64,000 bases of DNA from positions 6,576 to 70,575 of the forward strand of contig CAYLYZ010000012.1 in NCBI GenBank assembly GCA_964387885.1, in the 5' to 3' direction. The position numbers and the translations under genes are program-made. The DNA is from an uncultured bacterium. Lineage in GTDB: Bacteria; Electryoneota; AABM5-125-24; Hatepunaeales; Hatepunaeaceae. The notes beneath the pieces are model-generated. The model did no database searches and was not told where the DNA came from. It was given only the letters and a program-made list of their open reading frames with translations. This document shows positions 21,546 through 29,647 of this stretch, one piece after another. Every line of letters starts with the position of its first letter. The stretch's first letter is position 1.

Positions 21546-21898
21546 GGTTTGGTCTCAAGGAAAAAACTATACAACAAATATGCAGCGTTTTCGCCAATTT
21601 TCCTGAAGTAGAGAAAGCCGTCCTATACGGTTCCCGTGCTAAAGGGAATTACAAAAACGGCTCAGATATTGACCTGACTCTTTACGGAGGTGAGGATTTG
21701 ACGCTTAAGGTGTTGTATAGGATCATGAATCAGCTTGATGATTTGCTGTTGCCGTATACTATTGATTTATCTATATTTGGGAGTATTAGCGATGGTGATG
21801 TTGTTGGGCATATTCAAAGGGTGGGGGTTTTGTTTTATAAGAGGGAGAACATTGAAACGAGATTGGGACGTAATCAAGAAAATCCTGGAAATTGCTGA
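21542..21898 (+). CDS. minimal nucleotidyltransferase (MntA/HI0073-like antitoxin)
   Basis: GSRAKGNYKNGSDIDL is a pol-beta-type NTase GS...DxD motif. It overlaps the HEPN gene by 4 bp. Confidence 0.75.
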   Translation: MRFGLKEKTIQQICSVFANFPEVEKAVLYGSRAKGNYKNGSDIDLTLYGGEDLTLKVLYRIMNQLDDLLLPYTIDLSIFGSISDGDVVGHIQRVGVLFYKRENIETRLGRNQENPGNC

Positions 21899-22226
21899 AG
21901 AGAGGCCATATGCAGCATGCAATCTAAAGACTTTCGAATCTAAACTCAAGGAAAAACTAGATTCAACAATTTTGGAGGGGCATCTTCGAATGATGATGAG
22001 TGGTGGGCTATTTGAATCCATCAACCCTAATCCAACGAGAGATTTGTTGAAGTGGTCGTTTTGCCTTACTTGGAAAGGCTATGACTTCTTGGATTCAATC
22101 CGAAATGAGTCTATATGGTCTAAGGTAAAAACGACATTGAATGAAAAAGCTTTGACTGTACCATTTGATGTGCTAAGTGCAATGCTTAAGTCACAGATTA
22201 CTAAGAGTCTTGGGTTGAATGGTTAA
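21852..22226 (+). CDS. DUF2513-like protein (phage-associated family)
   Basis: TTG start preceded by GAGGGAG. N-terminus (M)KRDWDVIKKILEIAEE resembles the DUF2513 N-terminus. Overlaps the MNT 3' end by 47 nt. Family recall is from memory. Confidence 0.45.
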   Translation: MKRDWDVIKKILEIAEERPYAACNLKTFESKLKEKLDSTILEGHLRMMMSGGLFESINPNPTRDLLKWSFCLTWKGYDFLDSIRNESIWSKVKTTLNEKALTVPFDVLSAMLKSQITKSLGLNG

Positions 22227-22390
22227 GAAAACTTATGCGGATCGATGGTCTAGCCTTTGTCTTCATTAAAGTACTACCTATGTTTTCTGTCTGTATGAAA
22301 AGACAAACATGCCACGCATAGGTCTTTCAGAAAACGATTTAAAATACTTCTGGTAGTAAACTTTAATCGCAATATTCAAGGATCACTGAC

Positions 22391-22723
22391 ATGACTTTAA
22401 CTGCAATACTATTCTTCATCTTTGAGCTGTTTCAAAATATACAGATTAAGTGTATGCTTGCTGCTCGCAATGCACAGAGTTGGAATCTTGCACCCATTGA
22501 CCGAAAGATGTGGCTAGATGGTCCATGGGCACTATACACAACTTGTATACTCGCGGTTGCGCGATTTGCAGGTATTGCGTTCCTTTTATACTTTGGATAT
22601 AGAACAAGATGGTTCTATCCAATAATACTATGGTGTGTATCCATGCCTGTTTCGGTTATTTTCGTATCGATATTTCAAGTGAAATTCAATATAAGGTATC
22701 TTGCATTCTTGGGTTACTTGTAA
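22391..22723 (+). CDS. hypothetical small membrane protein (3 predicted TM helices)
   Basis: 110-aa ORF, hydrophobic, no recognisable family. Confidence 0.35.
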   Translation: MTLTAILFFIFELFQNIQIKCMLAARNAQSWNLAPIDRKMWLDGPWALYTTCILAVARFAGIAFLLYFGYRTRWFYPIILWCVSMPVSVIFVSIFQVKFNIRYLAFLGYL

Positions 22724-22813
22724 TTCCGATTGTTGGGATTTGGATGTGGTTTACAGTTTGAATGGATCTAATGCAGATGCATTGTCTGGTTCGGTCTTAC
22801 ATGTATCTCCGAA

Positions 22814-23870
22814 TTTAGGGCTGAAGATATTCAGCCCCTACGGGAATATACCCGAATGGAGAGGTGGATTCGCTTATACCGGAAATTTTATCATGTCAGG
22901 GGCAGGAAATGAAAAGCAAGAATTAAATAAATATGAAATACATAAAACGAGCTTCCAATGACTTACAATCCCGAAAAACACCATCGCAGATCCATTCGAT
23001 TGAAGGAATATGATTACTCGAGCGGAGGTGGGTATTATCTGACGATTGATTCGAATAACCGGGAATGTCTGTTTGGTGAGGTGACAAATAAAGAAATGAT
23101 TCCGAATGAGGCCGGTCTGGTTGTTCGTAAATGCTGGTTGGAAATTCCCAGTCATTATCCCAATGTTGTTCTGGATGAATTCATCGTTATGCCGAATCAT
23201 GTTCATGGGATCGTTTTTATTGTTGATGAATCTTCTATGTCAAAACGTAGTAAACGTTCCGTAGGGGCTGAATATCTTCAGCCCTGTTCGAAGAAAAACA
23301 CAGTATCAGGTTTGTCAGGAAATAGGGTTGAAAATATTCAACCCCTACATGGATCGTGTTCGAATACCAATGCGGATTCTGTTTTGCCGGGGAAAAGGGT
23401 TGAAGGTGTTCAACCCAAACTGAATAGGTTTCAGAAGGTTATCCCTGGTTCAATTGGATCTATTGTACGAGGATTGAAAATTGGCGTCACCAAATGGTTT
23501 CGTCAGAACACGGATGTTTATACGGTTTGGCAACGGAATTATTACGAACATGTCATTCGTAACGAACAGGAATTGAACAGCATACGTGAATATATATTGA
23601 ATAATCCGTTGCGATGGGAATTAGACCGGGAACATCCGGATGAATGGGTGATGGGGTGAAAATGGTCAATCCCTGGGTGTAGGGGCTGAAGATATTCAGC
23701 CCTGTTCGAATGGCAATGTAGATTCTCGTTTTTAGGGATTTAGGGCTGAAAATATTCAGCCCCTACGGAATGGTGACGCGGATTCCTGTTTTGTCGGGGA
23801 ATGGGTTGAAGATATTCAACCCCTACGGAATGGCAACACAGATTCCGGTTTGTCAGGATATAGGATTGGG
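22814..23870 (+). mobile_element. REPtron: RAYT gene with cognate REP units upstream (22814-22859), inside the ORF (23262-23420) and as a 3-unit tandem array downstream (23677-23870)
   Basis: 62-nt unit containing a GGGCTGAAGATATTCAGCCC or GGGTTGAAGATATTCAACCC hairpin followed by CTACGGAATGG. Confidence 0.75.
22958..23659 (+). CDS. REP-associated tyrosine transposase (RAYT, IS200/IS605-like Y1 HuH transposase)
   Basis: HuH motif MPNHVHGIVFI. C-terminal WQRNYYEHVIRNEQELNSIREYILNNPLRW matches the RAYT catalytic-Tyr motif. At 233 aa it is ~55 aa longer than typical RAYTs, owing to REP-derived sequence between the two motifs. Confidence 0.8.
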   Translation: MTYNPEKHHRRSIRLKEYDYSSGGGYYLTIDSNNRECLFGEVTNKEMIPNEAGLVVRKCWLEIPSHYPNVVLDEFIVMPNHVHGIVFIVDESSMSKRSKRSVGAEYLQPCSKKNTVSGLSGNRVENIQPLHGSCSNTNADSVLPGKRVEGVQPKLNRFQKVIPGSIGSIVRGLKIGVTKWFRQNTDVYTVWQRNYYEHVIRNEQELNSIREYILNNPLRWELDREHPDEWVMG

Positions 23871-23961
23871 TACCCACCCGGGAAAATAAAACACATCTGT
23901 TGTAATCCTGTTATATTCTTTGTATCGTTTCTTGTATAAACAAAATTATGAAGGAGCACTC

Positions 23962-25248
23962 ATGGATACATTCGACCGCCTCTTGCAGTACATCAATTCT
24001 CTCAATATTATCGACACTCACGAGCATCTTGGATTCGAATCTGACCGGGTTAAGGATGAGGATGTGTTCGAGGAATGGTTGGAGCATTATTTCTCTTGTG
24101 ACCTGCATTCCGCGGGATTATCAGAAAAGGAATTAGGCTTTGTCAGAGATAGCTCAAAAGATATTCACGAACGCTGGAAAAAAGTTGAACCTTACTGGCA
24201 TGCTGCGGAATCTACCGGATATGGGAGAGCACTCTCGATTGCAGCTCGGGATATTTATGGGATCGAATCGATAAACTCAAATACAATAGGTGAGTTGAAC
24301 GATAGATTCAGGGACGCTAAAGAAAAGGGTGGTCATTACGACAATGTGCTAAAAGGAAAATCGAAAATTGATCTCTCTATTGTCGATTCTATGCCGATTC
24401 CTTACCGTGAACCACCACATCCATTTGTGTTTACGCTACATACAAACATCTTTTTACTGACGAATCATATCAATCAATTGAGGGAAACGGGTGCAGTGGT
24501 TGATATGAGTGTACATACTCTTTCGGATTGGATGGATGTTACCCGCAAGTATATTGAAAAATTCATAAATGGGAAATCAAGAGTCGTCTGCCTGAAGAGC
24601 TCAATTGCCTACGAGAGAAGTCTTCGATTTGATAAGGTAACCTATGCGGAAGCTGAAAAGGCTTTTAATGAACTCTTCGAGGACAGGAACTTAGCAAAGT
24701 ACCGTCCGACTGTGAAACTTTCCAAGGTTTTTTCTGACTACATGATGCATTTCATATGCAAAGTAGCGGATGACAACCGCATACCGTTTCAGATTCACAC
24801 TGGAATTCAGGAGGGAACAGGTAATATTATTTACGACTCAAATCCGACACTCCTAAGCAATCTTTTCCTTGAATATCAGAATGTGAAATTTGATATTTTC
24901 CACATGGGTTATCCTTATGTAATGGAAATGGGAACTCTTGCCAAAAATTTCCAAAACGTCTTCCTCGATATGTGCTGGGGGCATATTATCAGCCCGGAAG
25001 CCGCTCGACGCGCCTTGATTGAATGGCTGGATGTTGTTCCCGCAAATAAGATTCATGCATTCGGCGGGGATTACTGCTTTGTAGATGGTGTTTACGGGCA
25101 TCAATACCTCGCCCGCAGGAATGTAGCGTTTTCTCTGGCATATAAGGTTAACGACGGTTCGATAAGTATTTCGCGAGCGGAAGAGATCGCAAAATGGATG
25201 TTTCGTGATAATCCGATTGAACTGTTCAAGCTGGAGAGGTTTTTGTAA
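23962..25248 (+). CDS. amidohydrolase-family (TIM-barrel metal-dependent hydrolase) protein
   Basis: AAGGAG RBS. IDTHEHL metal-binding motif near the N-terminus, plus C-terminal H/D residues. Substrate unknown. Confidence 0.6.
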   Translation: MDTFDRLLQYINSLNIIDTHEHLGFESDRVKDEDVFEEWLEHYFSCDLHSAGLSEKELGFVRDSSKDIHERWKKVEPYWHAAESTGYGRALSIAARDIYGIESINSNTIGELNDRFRDAKEKGGHYDNVLKGKSKIDLSIVDSMPIPYREPPHPFVFTLHTNIFLLTNHINQLRETGAVVDMSVHTLSDWMDVTRKYIEKFINGKSRVVCLKSSIAYERSLRFDKVTYAEAEKAFNELFEDRNLAKYRPTVKLSKVFSDYMMHFICKVADDNRIPFQIHTGIQEGTGNIIYDSNPTLLSNLFLEYQNVKFDIFHMGYPYVMEMGTLAKNFQNVFLDMCWGHIISPEAARRALIEWLDVVPANKIHAFGGDYCFVDGVYGHQYLARRNVAFSLAYKVNDGSISISRAEEIAKWMFRDNPIELFKLERFL

Positions 25249-25274
25249 GTGGTAATTCCACTTTTTCAAAAGGT

Positions 25275-25375
25275 AACATACTTTCCGTAGGGGCTGAAAA
25301 TCTTCAGCCCTGTTCGAATGGGAACACGGATTCAATTTTGTCGGGAATTAGGGTTGAATATTTTCAACCCCTACA
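25275..25375. repeat. REP (RAYT-cognate family), 1.5 units
   Basis: CCGTAGGGGCTGAAAATCTTCAGCCCTGTTCGAATGG ... GGGTTGAATATTTTCAACCCCTACAG. Confidence 0.8.
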
Positions 25376-25670
25376 GAACAAGTACGATGGGAGGCGATTG
25401 AAGGTATAGTGTCACCATTCCCGGTTTCGTGAAGTTTCCCTCCCCTTCCTCTTACACTCACCACAATTTTCCCTAATAACTCTGCAAAATTCAAACTCCT
25501 TTACAAAAAACCTCACAATTCTTCTTGACTTTTTGTATTTATTGTATATATTGAGCATGTACAAAGAGTACAAAAGTCCATTTCGGATATTGGCGTGTTA
25601 GGAGATTGCTTCACTTCGTTCGCAATGACGTACTTTTGAGAAATTCTAAATTATAAAGAGGATTGGGAAA

Positions 25671-27872
25671 ATGCTGAAGTTCTTTACAATCATTTTATCT
25701 TTGCTATTACTATCAGGGTGTTGCTCTCAGGTTTGTGGTCAGGATCGTGAGAATATTGTGTTTTTGGAAAGGTATTATAATATTTGGGATTCTGCATATC
25801 AACTGGAACTGGTAGATAATGTTGCATATGTAGCAACTGGAATATCCGGTATGCAGTTGGTCAATGTAGAGGATCCGGAAAATTTGGAAAAATCCTCTTA
25901 TTTTGATGATCATTTAAAAAGTGCAAATGCAATTTGTGTGGGTGAAAATATAGTGTTTATGACTCTATCAGATACTGCAACCGGACTTATAGCTATTGAT
26001 ATCTCTGGCCACGATAATTACAGAATAGTCGGTGAAATCCAAACTCCGGGTTTACCTTTAGCAATGCAATTACGTGATGATTACGCTTATATCGCTGATT
26101 CCGGCAGTGGATTAGTAGTTATAGATGTCAGCGATCCGGAGAACATGGAAATTGTTGAAGAGATACATGACTACTCGAATATAAGAGATGTAATTGTAAG
26201 AGGTGATATTGTGTATATCGCTGATTTTGAAATCGGTTTTGTAATCCTGAGTAAAGATCCTGACCATAATGTTGATGTATTAGCGGCATTCCCTTATCCT
26301 CAGGCGCATTTGATCAGAGTTTGTGATTCACTGGTTTACCTGGGACATGGCCAGGGGGAACTTTCAATTTTCGACATTTCCAATCTGAATGAACCGGATT
26401 CTCTGACGACGATTAATCTTCATGAAACAATTCGGGAAATCGAAGTTGTAAATGATGTCGGATTTGCAGCTATTGGTAGTGGTGGTATTGTTTCGTTAAA
26501 TCTTGCTGATCTATCTAATCCGGCTGTTATCTCAGATTTTATTTTAGAAAATGGAAGCGCTAACGATTTGGTTATTAGCGGAGATATCTGTTATGTTGCT
26601 GACGGTCAGGGATTGTTATGGGCGTTAGATGTATCAGATCCTTCCGAAATTGATAGCACCGGAAGTACAATTGAAACCAGGCAGGGATATCCGTTAATAG
26701 GCGATGTTCAATCGATCACAATTAATGACAATGTTGTTACTACGGTACTCCTTGGTTCCATAGAACTCAACCAGATAATTGATGATTTTGGTATCTTTGA
26801 CAGAATCGTGGGGATGGGATTGAACTCCCCTGCACGGTTTGTTGCTTCGATTGAAGATCATTTTCTCGGATTACTTGAAAATAACAGTATGTTTTGTATG
26901 AATATATCTGAACCAGATAGGTGTTTTATTACTGATTGTCATGCACTTCCGGGAAGACCTGATAATTTTGTTTGTAACGAAACATATGGATTTCTACCTT
27001 CGGGAAACAGCATATTCCGGATGGACTATTCTAATCCAAATGAATTACTACTTTTGAGTGATATTGAGCTTGAAGAAATGGATGCAAGAAATGCTGCTGC
27101 TACTGATGATTTTGTATATGTCGTAGGAGAAGGTGGTTTATGGATATTTGATATTCAGGATGAAGATTCGTTTCGATTCATCAGTAACTTAGATTACCCA
27201 GGTGTGATTGTGGGAGTAGATATTTATGAGGCTAACCTCTTTGTCAGCTATTTTGACAATGAGGAAGGTCGATCCTATTTTCTAATAATCGATGTTGAGC
27301 ATACTGAAAATCCATCTGAAATATCTCGTGTTGAACTTGAGGGGTATCCGGGAAGAACCGTCAGAATTCAATCAAATCAGAATAACTGTCTGGCTTATGT
27401 TTGCGGAGGGGTAGATGGTGGTTTAAAGATCATTGATGTTTCAGATATTAATGAACCTGATATTGTGGGAAGTTATGATACTCCGGGTGAAGCGCTTGAT
27501 CTGGTTGTTTATGATAATTTTATTTATGTGGCTGACCGGACAAATATCGGAGTTTATATGCATCAAATTCAAAACAGTGTCAGTGATGAAGATGAAAGTC
27601 TAATAAGCGATAGCTTTCACTTGAATTCCATATATCCGAATCCATTCAATCCTAAAGTAACTATTAATTATAAACTTCAAATTAATGATGAAATTAATAT
27701 TTCAATTCATGATATTAAGGGCAGATTGATCGAAACACTATTTAATGGTGTTCAACCTGGTGGAGATCATTCAATTACATTTCACGCAGATGATTATCCG
27801 AGTGGATTGTACTTAGCAAAAATAAAGACAAGTACTGCGTTAGAAATTCATAAATTAACATTGCTCAGGTAA
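25671..27872 (+). CDS. lipoprotein with LVIVD-type beta-propeller repeats and T9SS CTD
   Basis: Lipobox LLSGCCS. Repeats of the form GLVVIDVSDPENMEIV and GGLKIIDVSDINEPDIV. C-terminal YPNPFNPKVTINYKL. Confidence 0.75.
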   Translation: MLKFFTIILSLLLLSGCCSQVCGQDRENIVFLERYYNIWDSAYQLELVDNVAYVATGISGMQLVNVEDPENLEKSSYFDDHLKSANAICVGENIVFMTLSDTATGLIAIDISGHDNYRIVGEIQTPGLPLAMQLRDDYAYIADSGSGLVVIDVSDPENMEIVEEIHDYSNIRDVIVRGDIVYIADFEIGFVILSKDPDHNVDVLAAFPYPQAHLIRVCDSLVYLGHGQGELSIFDISNLNEPDSLTTINLHETIREIEVVNDVGFAAIGSGGIVSLNLADLSNPAVISDFILENGSANDLVISGDICYVADGQGLLWALDVSDPSEIDSTGSTIETRQGYPLIGDVQSITINDNVVTTVLLGSIELNQIIDDFGIFDRIVGMGLNSPARFVASIEDHFLGLLENNSMFCMNISEPDRCFITDCHALPGRPDNFVCNETYGFLPSGNSIFRMDYSNPNELLLLSDIELEEMDARNAAATDDFVYVVGEGGLWIFDIQDEDSFRFISNLDYPGVIVGVDIYEANLFVSYFDNEEGRSYFLIIDVEHTENPSEISRVELEGYPGRTVRIQSNQNNCLAYVCGGVDGGLKIIDVSDINEPDIVGSYDTPGEALDLVVYDNFIYVADRTNIGVYMHQIQNSVSDEDESLISDSFHLNSIYPNPFNPKVTINYKLQINDEINISIHDIKGRLIETLFNGVQPGGDHSITFHADDYPSGLYLAKIKTSTALEIHKLTLLR

Positions 27873-27936
27873 GAGGTTAACAAGATTTTTGAGTGAAGCG
27901 TGATGAGTTAAGGCTCTGGATTTGGAACTGCTTCAA

Positions 27937-27980
27937 ATTGCCCTTTGAGCAAAGACTGACAGGAATGTCCGTCCTCCCCA
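27937..27980. repeat. REP family 1 unit (ATTGCCCTTTGAGCAAAGACTGACAGGAATGTCCGTCCTCCCC)
   Basis: Near-identical to 17050-17095. Confidence 0.8.
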
Positions 27981-28196
27981 TTGTTTTGTTTTCTTCAGAC
28001 ATCCTTCAGATGATAACAATGACCTAAGTGTCAGTTGAGGGCACGTAGCACTACGTATAAATTCATATAACGAATCTGTGAAATAAGTAAATTTGCTTGC
28101 CATTCAATTGAAATAATCGGTAAGTTGGATGTGAAAAACCACAGAAATCACATTTGTGTTCAGGAGTATCATTTGGACATCAGCAAGATATAAGAG

Positions 28197-28775
28197 GTGG
28201 CTCATGCTGAGATGGGTTTGCGTCAGGATCTACCCTTCAGGGAGCCAGGATGGAGTCTCTACCACGGGAAACGTACGGGTAGAATTGCCTGCCATTTGAG
28301 GGAGTTACTCAAAGTGGGTGTTGATCCTGGAGAATTATACGTTGCAGGTTTGTTTCACGATATTGGTAAGGATCAGGATCATCATGCTCAGGTTGGAGCT
28401 CAATGTACCAAAAATTTACTCAGTAATCTCATCTCTCCTGAGACACTGGAAACTATTTGCGAAGCAATCCACTTACACAACAAACGCAAGAATTCAGACT
28501 CCTTCAATGACTTTACAAAACTTTTACAGGACGCTGATATAATAGATCATGTTGGATTTATTGACATTTGGATGGCTTTCTACTGGAGTGGTCATCATAA
28601 TGAATCAATTAAGGAACATCTCCAATATTACAAAGGTGAAGACCGCGAGCAGTTTCATGAGTATATGAAAACCCACTTGAACTTCGATGTGTCGCGTCAG
28701 ATGTTTGAAGATAGGATTGAGAAGTCGGAGCAGTTCTTCACGGATTTTCACAGGATATATTTCGAAGGGATATAG
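28197..28775 (+). CDS. HD-domain phosphohydrolase
   Basis: GTG start. H...HDIGK...D motif. Length 192 aa. Confidence 0.65.
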   Translation: MAHAEMGLRQDLPFREPGWSLYHGKRTGRIACHLRELLKVGVDPGELYVAGLFHDIGKDQDHHAQVGAQCTKNLLSNLISPETLETICEAIHLHNKRKNSDSFNDFTKLLQDADIIDHVGFIDIWMAFYWSGHHNESIKEHLQYYKGEDREQFHEYMKTHLNFDVSRQMFEDRIEKSEQFFTDFHRIYFEGI

Positions 28776-28897
28776 ATAAATCCATGAGAGTTGTAGCCCG
28801 GTGCTCTCCGAACCCGGGGAATAGATAGAAGAAACATGTTTGGACAAGTCAAACATGCCACCCGTACACAGGAGTAAAAATTATAAATTATACAGAA

Positions 28898-29371
28898 ATG
28901 GTTCTGATGGGAGTTCTTGCAACCCTTGTAATGGATTTGCTGGCGATTCTTCTTGTTGAATCGAAAATCATACGGCAACTTATCAAACCAGAAGCCGTCG
29001 GACGCTGGACGCTTTATATGTTAAGGGGAAAATTCACGCACAGGGATATCAACAAAACTCCCGTATTGAATTATGAAAAATCAGCTACATTATGGTCTCA
29101 TTACCTGATCGGAATTGCCCTCGCTGGGATCTACCTCCTCCTGGAGTTAATAATGCCGACAATTCGTAACCAGGTGTGGATGCCTCTGATATTCGGAGTA
29201 GCAACGGTTCTTCTGCCCTGGTTATGGCTGTACCCGAGTATGGGTCTTGGTTTTCTGGCTTCGAAAGCATCAAAAAGATCGCCATACATTGTTACCAGCC
29301 TCGTTAATCATACGAATTTCGGGTTGGGAATGGTGATCTGGGTTGTGTTTTTTCGTCGTTTCTTGATGTAG
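28898..29371 (+). CDS. integral membrane protein (DUF2938-like)
   Basis: 157 aa with 4 TM helices. Family assignment is from memory. Confidence 0.4.
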   Translation: MVLMGVLATLVMDLLAILLVESKIIRQLIKPEAVGRWTLYMLRGKFTHRDINKTPVLNYEKSATLWSHYLIGIALAGIYLLLELIMPTIRNQVWMPLIFGVATVLLPWLWLYPSMGLGFLASKASKRSPYIVTSLVNHTNFGLGMVIWVVFFRRFLM

Positions 29372-29437
29372 GGAAGGAACCGAATTCTTGATTCAGGTTT
29401 ACATGATAAATTGTTAACTTCGATTTCCATTCCGGTA

Positions 29438-29467
29438 TATACGGACAGGAATGTCCGCCCTCCCCTG
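29438..29467. repeat. REP family 1 unit (ATACGGACAGGAATGTCCGCCCTCCCC)
   Basis: Core palindrome GGACAGGAATGTCC. Confidence 0.75.
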
Positions 29468-29647
29468 TATAGGGTGACTCATTAATAGTAAAGTTCTTTC
29501 AGCAGATCTTATTATGTTATTATTAGCCAGAATAATACTAATATCCTGAAAAAACGGAATTTTATTTCAAATATGTTCTTGTACAATTACATTAATAAGA
29601 ACAGTTCGTTTCACACCTAGGAAAATTGAACATCATACGAGGTTGTA

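Noticed and set aside
21735-21851. Upstream 39 codons of the six-frame ORF 21735..22226 (MMICCCRILLIY...)
   Set aside because: This part overlaps the MNT gene in another frame and has nonsense-like composition. The DUF2513-like homology begins exactly at the TTG at 21852, which has a GAGGGAG RBS.
22701-22961. 86-aa plus-strand ORF between the membrane protein and the RAYT
   Set aside because: Its sequence is largely translated REP unit (GLKIFSPYG corresponds to GGGCTGAAGATATTCAGCCCCTACGG). No RBS. Regarded as non-coding.
23677-23870. Tandem ~62-nt repeats with internal palindromes that superficially resemble a CRISPR array
   Set aside because: Units are contiguous with no unique spacers and are not identical to each other. 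They carry the CTACGGAATGG linker and match sequence upstream of and inside the adjacent RAYT gene. This fits a REP array, and no cas genes are nearby.
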